Of a stretch of 64,000 bases of DNA, positions 11,878 through 24,064 are shown piece by piece. Source of the DNA: Eukaryota sp. GEM-RC1 (Eukaryota); assembly GCA_040285855.1 (NCBI GenBank), contig JAUFOQ010000006.1:744001-808000 (forward strand). The letters run 5' to 3'. The position numbers were made by a program, and so were the translations under genes. The notes beneath the pieces are model-generated. The model ran no database searches and was not told where the DNA came from. It saw only the letters and a program-made list of their open reading frames with translations. Position 1 is the first letter of the stretch; each line of letters begins with the position of its first letter.

Positions 11878-14458
11878 TTAGTGTAATGATTGCAAAATCA
11901 CAGGAAATCCAAAATGATTGAAATCATTAACAACTGATTGGGCGATTGAAACCAGTTGTTGCTTTGGAAAACTTGGACAAAAGTAGCAAGTGTGACGAAT
12001 TGCAGAAAAAATCAAATCCAAAACAACTTTTTGATAAACCTCGGTTTGAATTGATATCTCTCTGTTTTAAAGGTAACGTACACTCTACCTAAACAAAATT
12101 TCAATAATCCCTTGAAATTATGAGAAATTATATTAACGTCTCCAGAATTGAAATAATACTCACGCCAAACAGAATTAATAAACCGCAGGGAAGAATTTGA
12201 AATATTCGAAGCCTTGTTTGTAGCCCCGATATTGAAAGCAGAAATCGAGTTGGAATTGCTAGAAAACAAATGCAGGTTAGAATTGACATGGAATCCACAA
12301 AAAGTTATTAAAGAGTCTTCATATACGTCAAAAGAGTCAACATTGAAGTTTAACTTCGTTTTGTTCCAATTAATAGAGGTTCGAAAAGAACCGAATCCGT
12401 TAGATAAAACATTGAGGAAATCTAGAGCCAATCCAACATCTTCTGTTAGAAAAAACCAATCGTCAACAAATCGGAATAATTTAAATATTTTGGGAAAATT
12501 TCGCAATATAGGTCGAATAAACTTTTGTTCTAAATGATAGTAAAAGAGAGAACACAAAAGGGTGGAAATGTTAAAACCTTGGGGGACTCCATATTTAAAT
12601 TTGAGACACATTGTTGGGGTGAATTCGACAAACAAATTTTTCAAGAAAAGTTCAAATAAAGAAATTAAACTCGACCTTGTAACAATTCTAGTCTTTCCAG
12701 TGAAATAAACAACAGAATTTCGGAAATTTGAATAAATTTGAGTGAATGATGAAATGTAAACGTATTCACGTTTTGAGAAGAGCTTCTGATTGATTCTTTT
12801 GACCTACTAACTTCAAAAAGAGTGTATTCTGATTGAGTTAGCAGACTCTTGACAATTTTAATCAAAATCGAGTGGTCTAAAGAATCAAAAGCCTTGGACA
12901 TATCAAATTGAACAAGGAAATATTTTAAATTATTTTGCTTTTTTAAAATATCAAGAGATTGTAAAAAATGATTCAAGTTCGAAACACTGCTGGAATCCGC
13001 TAATTTCTCTGCAAAATTACCAGAAATACCACTCAAAACAGCGAAAAGATTCTTCAAACGAGAATTAAAAGTTATAAAATTCTCATTTCGAACCAAAGTT
13101 GATCTTCTAGATACATTAACCTCTGGTATAGATGTCAAACAATTATAGACATTCAAGTTAATGGTATTAAAAGACAGCGGAACAACAATTGGTCTCAAAA
13201 CTCCATTTGGTTTAGCTATGAATCGGATACCTGACCATAATGAATTTGACCCCTGACAGCAATCAATCATTTGTGATTTGCGTACGAGTGTAAGGTTTTC
13301 AGGTAATAATTGGGCGCAATAAACAGTCCAAAATTTGTGTGAGAAAAATAGAATTTTGTTATTCGAATGAGCAGTTTCTGAAGCATAGAATAGAAAGGAA
13401 ACTAACGGATTGATCACATGATGAAAGAGAAATATGTAGAAATTTTTAAATATTTCTGATCGTCGATTGAATTCTTTTCCGGTCAATTTCGGATGTATGC
13501 ATAACCAAGGTACTTTAGATAATTTTACATGTTTTAAAAACTCATGAACAGCAAACTGTTGAAATGTTGGTCTGAAAATCGACGATTTTACAAAATTGAA
13601 AAATTTGGAGAAATTACCATTACCCAACATTGACTTCCGTAGAATTCTATTAATTCCTCTAAATATATACTCAAAAACAGAAGATCTGGGAATATTTACC
13701 AAATCAGAGGTAATTATTTTCGGACAATATTTTACATTAACTTCATTTCGTAAACTGATAAGAAACTTTGTTGAACTAAACACTCTGCAATTTAACTGTT
13801 TAGCTAAATTGATCATTTTCTGATTGAAAACAGATTTGGTTTGAAGTGATGGACATTTGAGATTGAAAATCGAATAGTACAAAATTTCAATAGAATTAGA
13901 AGAATTTAAATTTTTACGGAAAACAAAATCTGGCCAAATCATTTGTCTAGAATACATGAATTTTGCTTCAATCTGTTGACATGGTCTTTTACGTATTTCA
14001 GAAGATTTTGATACCGGAACTCGTGTGTAATTCAGTCCAACTAAGTAAGAGGACACATTAGGGTAAGTTAATATGCTTCCGTGGAGGAAGAAAGAATTGT
14101 GTGTGAGAAGAAAGCGAGAGATTGATGATCCAAAAGTGGAATAGAAGAGGTAGAACACGGGGGAGTCAATGAATCGATGGATGTGTATAGATTTTGAAGA
14201 GGTAGAACTAGAAAAGTTGGAGTGGAATGTTTGAAAGGACTCTTCAGTAGATATGGACATGGAGGGAAAATGAGGAGACGAGGAAGAGAAGCAGATGTAA
14301 GAGTTCGAGAGGAGGAAGTTCAGTGCTGGAAGGGAGACGTCTGGGAAAGGAGATAAGGATGATGAGAGGAACTGCTGCAAGGATAGAACAGTGGGGAAAA
14401 GAAGATCAAGGACGGACTTAGACCGATCAGAAGAACATGTAGAAAGAAGAAGAGACAT
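11878..14458 (-). CDS. TERT: Telomerase reverse transcriptase (frameshifts at about 12722 and 12030)
   Basis: QFP-like VFEYIFRGINRILRKSMLG; T motif LFYASET...ILFFSHKFW; motifs 1/2 IRFIAKPNGVLRPIV; A VQFDMSKAFDSL; B' GVPQGFNISTLLCSLFY; C RFVDDWFFLT; D/E FLNVLSNGF...INWNKT, FCG. Frames rejoin by -1 shifts at A-runs; the C-terminal extension VVLDLIFSAIRH...LQSLH* ends at 11878. Confidence 0.93.
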
Positions 14459-14524
14459 CCAGATCCAAAAGTGCAGGGAAACTCCACAAAAATCTTTCTA
14501 CGTAGCAGTGCTCAGAATATTGTA

Positions 14525-14571
14525 CAGTAAACAGTGTTATTAGTGTGTTACACTAATTACACTGTTTACTG
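14525..14571. repeat. 22-bp-arm palindrome upstream of TERT (possible minimal Tc1/pogo MITE)
   Basis: cagtaaacagtgttattagtgt-gtt-acactaattacactgtttactg, 21/22 paired; preceded by TA. Confidence 0.75.
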
Positions 14572-14956
14572 CAGCCAGCTCAAGCCGATTATTTTGGGTT
14601 CTTCGAAAACAGAATTCGATAAAATCCAATAATGAGTTGTTAATAAGTGTTACTGTTTTGGTCTTCCTTAGCCACCTTCCATTCAATACATAAATCCGAG
14701 TGTAGACTTCATTTATTTAATATAATACAACATCAGATTAAACTCTTTGACTTGCATGACAATTGCAGTGGAGATGTGGTAGTCTGAGAATGTACAGCAT
14801 CTAGATGGTTTCCAAAAATTCAACCTTAATGGTCAAAAACATCCAGTATATCTGATAACCAAAGGAGGAACACATACAATTGTTTCGAAAAGACGAATTA
14901 ATGTATTCTTCTCAAAAACTACAACAACAGAAAAAAACTGAAAGAATATACGAAAT

Positions 14957-17900
14957 TTATTTCAACATCGATTTTAATTGAACTTCAGCATTAGATTCAC
15001 CCAAATTAGCAGCCTTTTGTAACCAGCATACAGCTTTTGAGTAGTTTTTTGTTATTCCTTCTCCATATTTGTAATAAAAAGCAAGATTAGACATAGCATC
15101 TGAGTCACCCAAATTAGCAGCTTTTTGATACCAGTACACAGCTTTTGAGTGGTCTTCTTGGATTCCTTCTCCATTGCTGTAACAATCACCAAGATGAGCC
15201 ATGGCACCAGAATGACCCAAATGCGCAACCTTTTGATACCAGTACACAGCTTTTGAGTGATCTTTTTCGATTCCTTCTCCATTATAGTAACAATGAGCAA
15301 GATTAACCATGGCATTAGATTGACCCAAATCTGCAGCCTTTTGATACCAGTACACAGCTTTTGAGTGATCTTTTTCGATAATTTCTCCATTATAGTAACA
15401 ATCACCAAGGATATACATAGCACCAGAATGACCCAAATCCGCAGCCTTTTGTAACCAGCATACAACTTTTAAGTGATCTTTTTCGATTCCTTGTCCATAG
15501 TTGTAACAATGAGCAAGATTAACCATGGCAGTAGATCGACCCAAATCAGCGGCCTTTTGGTACCAGTGAACAGCCTTTGATTGGTCCTTTTGGATTCCTT
15601 TCCCATATTTGTAACAAAAAGCAAGATTAGACATAGCATTAGAATGACCCAAATCAGCGGCCTTTTGATACCAGTGAACAGCCTTTGATTGGTCCTTTTG
15701 GATTCCTTCTTCATTGTAGTAACAAATAGCAAGATTAAACATGGCGTCAGAGTGACCCAAATCGGCAGCCTTTTGAGCCCAATACATAGCCTTTGATTGG
15801 TCCTCTTGAATTCCTTCTCCATATTTGTAACAAAAAGCAAGATTAGACATGGCATAAGAGTGACCCAAATCAGCAGCCTTTTGTAACCAGTACACAGCTT
15901 TTAAGTGATCTTTTTCGATTCCTTGTCCATACTTGTAACAAAAAGCAAGATTAGACATGGCATAAGAGTGACCCAAATCAGCAGCCTTTTGAAACCAGTA
16001 TACAGCTTTAGAGTGATCTTTTTCGATTCCTTCACCATTTTTGTAACAAAAAGCAAGATTAGACATGGCATAAGAGTGACCCAAATCAGCAGCCTTTTGT
16101 AACCAGTACACAGCTTTTAAGTGATCTTTTTCGATTCCTTGTCCATACTTGTAACAAAAAGCAAGATTAGCCATAGCATCAGAGTCATCCAAATCAGCAG
16201 CCTTTTGAAACCAGTATACAGCTTTAGAGTGATCTTTTTCGATTCCTTCACCATTTTTGTAACAAAAAGCAAGATTAGACATAGCATCAGAGTCATCCAA
16301 ATCAGCAGCCTTATGGAACCAGTATACAGCTTTAGAGTGATCTTTTTCGATTCCTTCACCATTTTTGTAACAAAAAGCAAGATTAGCCATAGCATCAGAG
16401 TCATCCAAATCAGCAGCCTTTTGGAAACCAGTATACAGCTTTAGAGTGATCTTTTTCGATTCCTTCACCATTTTTGTAACAAAAAGCAAGATTAGACATA
16501 GCATCAGAGTCATCCAAATCAGCAGCCTTATGGAACCAGTATACAGCTTTAGAGTGATCTTTTTCGATTCCTTCACCATTTTTGTAACAAAAAGCAAGAT
16601 TAGCCATAGCATCAGAGTCATCCAAATCAGCAGCCTTTTGGAAACCAGTATACAGCTTTAGAGTGATCTTTTTCGATTCCTTCACCATTTTTGTAACAAA
16701 AAGCAAGATTAGACATGGCATAAGAGTGACCCAAATCAGCAGCCTTTTGGAAACCAGTATACAGCTATAGAGTGATCTTTGTCGATTCCTTCACCATTTT
16801 TGTAACAAAAAGCAAGATTAGACATAGCATCAGAGTCTCCCAAATCAGCAGCTTTTTGATACCAGTATACAGCGTTTGAGTAATCTTGTTCGATTCCTAA
16901 ACCACATTCATAACAATGACCAAGACCAGTCATTGCAATTTGATCACCTAATTCTGCGTGTTTTTGACACCAACGAAGGGTTTTTACCAAGTTTGTTCTC
17001 GCACTAGAGTTTCCCTTAGAATGAGCTTTTAAGAACCAGTAAACAGCTTGTCTTTCGTTCTTGTTTACCCCAATACCATTAAGAAAACAGTTACCCAGAT
17101 TAACGATGGCATCGTCATCACCTCGTTCTGCAGCTTTTTTGTATTTTTCAAAAGCTAATTCATCATTACTTTTCTCAATTTGAGGATCATTTGCGAAAGA
17201 ATTGTTCAACTTAATGGTTTCTTGAATTTCTTTCAACTCATTCAGTACATCATTAATAGAAGGTCTTTCACTAGGATTAACTGAAAGACATTTGTTAATC
17301 AAAGATGAAATTGGCTTGGGAAAACCTTCAGGAAAGCTCAATAAATGTTCTTGTTGTTTAGCAATAACTACTTCAAAAACTTCCATACCTTCAAAAGCAA
17401 GTCTATTAGCAAACATTTCATAAAACAATATTCCAAGACTATACACGTCAAAAGCTGGGCCATAAATCTTTTTGAAAGCTTCAGGAGCAGTATACGTGGG
17501 AGCAACCTCGAGTTTAGAAGTATAATAATGCATGGTCCGAGAAGAACCAAAATCGGCAAGCTTGACCTGTGAGTTTACCAAGATAACATTTTGGGGCTTT
17601 ATGTCATGGTGGACAATTCCTTTAGAATGCAAGTACTTCACAGCGGAACATATATCAATAGCTTGAGCAAGAGTGGTGGGAGAAAGAGATGTTGGAACTT
17701 GTAAATGTCCAGAACCAAGTTCCATCAAGATACCAATGTGCTTCGGAAGTCTGGTTATACCAAACACTGGAAGGACAAAAGGATGAGACAGAGAGGCCAT
17801 GTGGGAGACTTCCTGTAACAAACTTCCTTCCATGTGTTCAGCTTTACTCACGAGTCTAAGAGCAACATCGGTGTCAGCCCATTCACAGAGATAAACAGAT

Positions 17901-18181
17901 CCGCTGATTCCGGTACCCAATTCATTGTTGAGGTTGAAACTGAGGTCTTTGGGCGGTATCACGGGTAGTACGGCGGGATTTCGAACAAGAGTATCGACAG
18001 CTTCACGGAAGGCAGTACAAGCAACAACATCATGGATATTGGACTCTCGATGACACGTGGGACAGTTTGTGTTGCACTGAAGCCATTCAGCTATGCATGA
18101 AAGACAGAAGCAGTGCCCACAGGGTAGTGTAGAAGCATCATCTAAGATTGTATCACAAATTGTGCAATCCAAGTGGAGCAT
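14957..18181 (-). CDS. RING finger - protein kinase - Sel1-like repeat protein (about 20 repeats, three +1 indels)
   Basis: CTIC...LPCGHCFCLSC...CPTC; LGTGISGSVY, HHDIKPQN, DFG, YTAPE; 36-aa units AMSNLAFCYKNGEGIEKDHSKAVYWFQKAADLG. Frame breaks are all TGGTTTCCAAAA versus TGGTTTCAAAA at about 16422, 16640 and 16749. Confidence 0.9.
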
Positions 18182-18594
18182 TGTTGAAAGAATTTTAATT
18201 TGGAATTGTATGTGTTAACTTGAAGAGTGAACACGTGTCATCTGCCAACATTGTCATTACATCAACATACCGTAAAATAAAAAAAGTGGACTTATGGAAT
18301 TGCTATAATTACGCTACGGTACCAACCGCTCCTTTCCATAAAATAGAGTTTCCCGTAAAATCAATAAATCTATTTTTCCATAAAAATTGCCACGACGATC
18401 TAAACAAACACTTCTTCACGAAGCTGGTAGACACGCATCAACCTCCCAGGAAATATAATGTAATCTCTTCTGACTACTACTAGTGCAAGTACTGTCAACC
18501 CATTTTTGACACTTGGATTAAGAAGGGTAAGGGATACACCGATCTTCTGTCTCATGCAAAAACTGGTCATTTGGATGAATATCAAAGTTTTGAA

Positions 18595-19538
18595 CAAGGA
18601 TGCCGAAAAATATATTGTAGTGCAATACATGTATATTGCAATAAATAATGTTGCAATACATGTCGTGTCTGTTTCACTAGTACAATATATTTATTGCAAG
18701 ACTGAAGTTATTCTAATATACTACAATATTTGGACTCGTATAATTCACAGAATCAGTTGGTGGTGTTCTTAGACATTGAGACGTAGTAGAGTTGAATATA
18801 CCAGCTTACAAGGTATCAAAGTGACATGAAGATTTAACTCTTTACGAGTTCATGGCAGACCCCAGTACAAAAGTATTGTATGATCCTTTTTTTATATGGG
18901 AAACCCCCATTCGGCTTACAGGTAACGTTGAAGGTAACGTCGCTTATCCCCGAATCTTTGGAAGGTGAGCTCTTACTGCTTTACAACTACAAACAACATT
19001 GATGATACTCGTTGGTGTCAGAAAGTAAGGAATTCGATGTTTGAAAACCAAATCAAACACTATTCTAAAACCTTTGGCTAATATTGAGACGAGAAGACCA
19101 TCAAATCTGCCATTTGACATCATTCTTTATATCCAAATTGTTTCCAAGAACAGAATAATGATTCGGAGTTTAAACACGTGATCTGTTTCTGTATTTTGTT
19201 TGTATATTATTCTTGCTTCGTAGGAAGATCTGCTTCGCTCTAATATCTGCTTCCACCAGCATTAAATCTTTCAGCTGAATAAATAATGTATAATCACACT
19301 CAATTTACCTACATGAACAAATATCGTTACGTGCAGTACATTGTAGAACAATCTCTGTAGAGCATAGTTCAAAATGCGAACGTGTTATTCAGTTGCCGCA
19401 CGTATTCCGCACGTGCGCGTATGGAGTACGTAACCGAACGTACCGTACGCATTTCGAACTATGTTGTAGAGTAATATGGGAATATTGCAATATTGAAAAC
19501 GTACAATGTATATTGCAATATATTTTTCGGCTTCCCTG
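18595..19538. mobile_element. Non-autonomous hAT-type element
   Basis: TIRs CAAGGATGCCGAAAAATATATTG / CAGGGAAGCCGAAAAATATATTG; perfect 8-bp TSD GTTTTGAA (18587-18594, 19539-19546); subterminal ATATTGCAAT repeats. Confidence 0.88.
19363..19463. mobile_element. 101-bp hAT-type MITE nested in the 18595-19538 element
   Basis: TIR CATAGTTC(A/G)AAATGCG (15/16); flanks CTGTAGAG / TTGTAGAG (7/8 TSD); CpG-rich interior with CGTA/CGCACGT repeats. Confidence 0.8.
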
Positions 19539-20426
19539 GTTTTGAATCTTCAAAAACTATTATTCATTACCAAAGTTTCAATTCTTTCCAAAAAGAAAGT
19601 AAGAGGATTGTGGTTCTTGAAATACATATGATTTTGACTATGGTTTTCACTACAAACAAACGACCATTATGATATCAATTCTTGTTCTAGACGTGTGTAA
19701 AAGCAAAATCAATTTACGGGTATATTCGGTTTCGTATTACAGTTGTTTTCGTAGCCGTCTGAAAAGTTGCCGTATTTAGGTTTTCATATTTTGACTTCGA
19801 CTGATTGGAATCTTAACATGTCAGCGAGCTGCTATTAATGTACTCTATAACATCTACCAAAAACCACATCTAATAGACGGACATTCCCTAATTTTTGGGG
19901 TTTAAAGGGTGGCGTTGCATCAGGAGTTATAGAGTATGTCTGGAAATCAAAGAATTAAAGAGCAAATCTTATTCCAAAGTTGTGTTCAACAATTTGCTGT
20001 TTGTATTTTTGCGTCGAGTAGTAGTGTCGTTGAACAAATTTTCTGAGCTTTTTGAAGAACCGTTTAAGGAGAACAAGTGTCAGTTTAGAGTTTTTGAATG
20101 ATTAAGTTGTAATGTATCCCGTGGTCCATTTATTCGAAAAATGACATTCTCGTTCTCTCGTTTAGTTGAGAAACTCTACAAGTTTGGTTTGCAGGTAGGA
20201 AAACAGTAATCTTTAACCAGATAAGGATGAAGTCCTTTGGACTCAGTCTTAGTGAATTTTGTATCTTGTTTTTACAAATTCATATTTTTATGATAATGTT
20301 ACCATTCGGTACCAAATACAATCGTTTATTGATTTTATCGTCAAAATGCATCATATCATACAAACAGCACAATATAATTAGAATGTTGCACCTAACTTTT
20401 TCTATTCCCTGAAGAAGATCTGTATA

Positions 20427-20597
20427 CAGTCAAAAACTGTTTATAGAGTGAAACTCTATATAGTACAAATCTGTATTCGGTACCCAATAAGGTAACCTTC
20501 CTACATAACTATGAAATTGTAAAAACAAACAAACTCTATATAGCGTAGGTTCATATAACATAGTCGCTAATATAGTCCGTATAACCAGTGTTGACTG
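20427..20597. mobile_element. Tc1/pogo-type MITE
   Basis: TA flanks on both sides; imperfect TIRs CAGTCAAAAACTGTTTATA / CAGTCAACACTGGTTATA; internal AACTCTATATAG twice. Confidence 0.6.
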
Positions 20598-21420
20598 TAC
20601 CGGCTTAATGGCCAACTATAATATCCGTCCAATACACTGAAAGAGGAATATGAAGACAGTGTTGTAAACATAGGATTCAATGTCATTGTAGTCAACTTTC
20701 TATTAACCAATTTCTAAGAGCGGATGAATCCATTGAGTATTCATCTGGTGGGCCAAAATTGATCCATTAACCCTCAAATTGACTTGTCCGGTTAGTCTTT
20801 TTGTAAATTACCACCATATTTCTTCAGTTATATCAGTTCTCAAATAGAGTACAAACACTATTTTAGTCATAACATGATAATTCTTGGGGGTATATAAGTC
20901 CTTGACCCTAATTCTTTCAAGCTCTTTATAAGACACAGAAGGCACTGTCTGTTGTTAGAACCAGTCGAACTTTTATACATTTAAGTTTTTTAAACAATTT
21001 ATTAGAATAAAACATCTTTCATGACCGACTGTTTCTGTTTGAATCATTCCTTAAATGTACTAAATCTTCTTACTAGAAGCTGAATCATCTAAGGATATTA
21101 CATCACGTCACCAGCTGACACAAACTGTAGATATTTATAATCAATGCTTCTACAGACAGATAGATCAATCATTTCAAACGTGATGTTTGGCAAAGAATTG
21201 AAATAAGGAGTTAATCAAAATGGGAAACGTAGGTAATAAGTATAATTTTGCAAGACATTAAATATGGTAATGTACTTTGCAGTAATCAAAGGTGGCATAA
21301 TCAAACAAATCACCAAAACAATATAATGGACTAAGTACAGGTTAAACAACTGAATACCACAATTAAACGTTGGATGTGTAAAAATAAACTGTTGGTATTA
21401 ATATTACAAAATGCAAAAGT

Positions 21421-23773
21421 TCAATCAAAAAAACTACCCAGTGGAACTTCAACTATAACACCAGTAAAGGATCCTAATAACAAATCGTGAGAATTCTTTC
21501 TGTAAACACACTGACTCGGAGACAAATACCTAGGCAGTGGCTTGAAATGAACACATTCAGCTTCATTAACAGCTGAATACGACCATAACTGCATAGAATC
21601 ACTAGTGCAAAGAAGAACTAAACCTGCACAATTTTCAAATTTTGACTCATATTCTAAAGGTGGTGGAACTATCGTAAGTGATCGAATATCGCAAGAAGAA
21701 GGGATCGAAAAAGAGTTTAACTTGGTCATTGATTTTGGAGTCAAAAATTGAAATTTTTGGATCAACTTCAACTGCTAAAAGATACAACCCGTCAGATTGT
21801 ATGGACCTTGCTGGATCACTGGACAACAATTTTAAAAAATTCAAATCGAAATCAGATACCACGATTCCATGAGATGAAGTGAACAGAATTTCATTTTGAT
21901 CAAGCAAACATAAACAATTTGAAAACTCCAGACCCGTAACAAAATTGAAAAATTCCGAAATATTTGAGTATGAGTCAAAAGCAAACTCCATGGCGAATGT
22001 GCTTTTGTCTTAAAAATTGAAACTTCTCCATTTCTGGAAAGAGTCACAATCAACGGATCAGCCTTTCCACATTGGTACAACACGTCAGCAGCAACCAGTG
22101 CATCGTCAGCAGTCAAAGTTAGTTTGACTTCTGTGGAATTCCGCGTTTCTGCATGAAACATCTTGACTACACCGTCATCAAAAAGAACTAAAAACGAAAC
22201 AAACTCTTCTAAAAATATCCCATATACTACTTCGGAAAATGACTTGCCTAAAATCCAATAATCAACAGGCGTGATGGGACTACCATCCCACAATATTAAC
22301 TTATTGTCACTAGCGAGAGAGAAAAACGCCGCTGGACTCACCGTTTCAAATACAGACACCGAAGGAAGATCCTCGAGATCAGCCAATGGCATTGAGGAAT
22401 TCTTTCGGGAAAGTTTAGTGTTACCATTAATGTTGATGTCACTTAGTGAGGGCATTAGAAAGTCCATAGACGCAGTTCTAACGAGTGACTTGTAACTGCC
22501 GAATTCATCTTGAGGTGATAGGGGATCAGAGTCAAAATCATCTGACTGACAATCTAATTGATTGATTTTCCCACTTCCACTAGGAAAGATTCCAATCACA
22601 GAATCGGTATGTGAGTTTGATGAAGTGGAAGAATTTAGCACTTTCTGTACTGAAAAGACTTTTGACTTGGTAACAGATGACACGACAAACGTATACTCAA
22701 CGGTCAAACTATCATTTCCAGCTTCAGAACCCAACAAATTTAAAAATTTTGGGCTAGTAACTGCTCCTCGTCTAAAGAAAGCAGCACATCCATGAACAGA
22801 AGTTCTAATAAGAGAAGTAGAAACAGCTGAGAATAAAAAGAAAGTTCCTGCCTTATCTAACGCTAGAAATTCTGAAGATCCAAATTTTGAAATGCACGAA
22901 AAATTTAATTTATCAGGATGTTGTACCCGATTAATCAATTTTCCAGTCCTGACAGACAAAAACGTAACACAGTGATCCGTACCAATCGAAGCGATTACTG
23001 ATTGAGCTGGAAATACTAAAATATCCAAAATATTTGAAGCATGAACAGAATCCACAACTCTGCACATTGTTTTTCTTCTTTTTTGGTTGAATCTCTGCCC
23101 CTTCTTTTAAAGCATTTAAAAACACCTCTCCAGAAGCTATCAAGACTGATCCATTAGCATCACCCAAAGCAAGAATTCCAACGGGAGACTGTGTAAGAAT
23201 AGAGGGACGTTGGAGTTCGTAAGAGATGGAGGTGATCCAGCCAGAGAGAGATGACATGGGAAGGAATTTGAGGGAGGCTTCAGAGAAGAGAGCAGATCTA
23301 ATAAGAGAGGGAACGGAGGAGAAGTTTTGTTTGAAGAAATTGATGGTTCCGTTGGAAGTGGAGATGATGAGACCAATGGTAGGGATAACAGAGATTTTGA
23401 CAACACCAGAGTCTAAAGGGAGGGTTTGAATGAAGCCTGTGGGAGGAGACCAGTGACTGCCAAGAACAGTAGTTGTAGAGGTCATGGGAACAGCAAAAGG
23501 GTTGAAGATACGACAGGTTCCGTCATCGGAGCCAACAAAGAGGAAGCATGAAGCTTTGCAATAAGCAAGGGCACGGATGGGACCTTTACAAGCCTGTACG
23601 TGGAAGAATTGAGAATGTTGTAGAGAGAGTGTTATTCTGATACCAGTAAGGGTTCCATTGGTACATCCGTAAAAGAAGAATCGGTTGACTTGATCAGTGA
23701 CAGTAAGACAGCATGTTGTGGTATATCCCAGTGGAACATTGATGTTGAGGTTGAGTAACTGTGTTACATCCAT
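21421..23773 (-). CDS. WD40/beta-propeller-like protein (three frameshifts)
   Basis: GPIRALAYC...LFVGSDDGTCRIFN, LALGDANGSVLI, IASIGTDHCVTF, FSLASDNKLILWD. Four overlapping same-strand ORFs join at A/T runs near 23070, 21945 and 21710. Confidence 0.72.
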
Positions 23774-24064
23774 TCCTGGATGTAAAAGGGAAAGAGTTGA
23801 CTTTGACTTCTTCTAAAGCTGCTTCAGCAACTTGATTGGCCGCTGTAATCTATTAAACTACATAAAGCTATCATCAATGCTTAACAGGAGACAATCTACA
23901 TCTCATTTTTTTTTTACAACTGATGTTGCAATACAAAGACAATCTAATACAATAACAAGAGTATCACAAGAATTACACCATGTACAAAGTTACGTCAATT
24001 CAAAATAAATTCCCCAAGTTAAATATTCGGGGGTTTATGAATAAATTACAAAATTTCAAAAACA

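Noticed and set aside
12640..12730. Euplotes-type programmed +1 frameshift in TERT
   Set aside because: The required shift is -1 and there is no AAA-TAR site at the junction.
12012..14458. Retrotransposon or group II intron RT
   Set aside because: The telomerase-specific T and QFP motifs are present, and there is no endonuclease or maturase domain.
15052..16721. Several MTLMLWLILLFVTK and MIFFDSFTIF ORFs
   Set aside because: Alternative frames and antisense of the Sel1 repeats.
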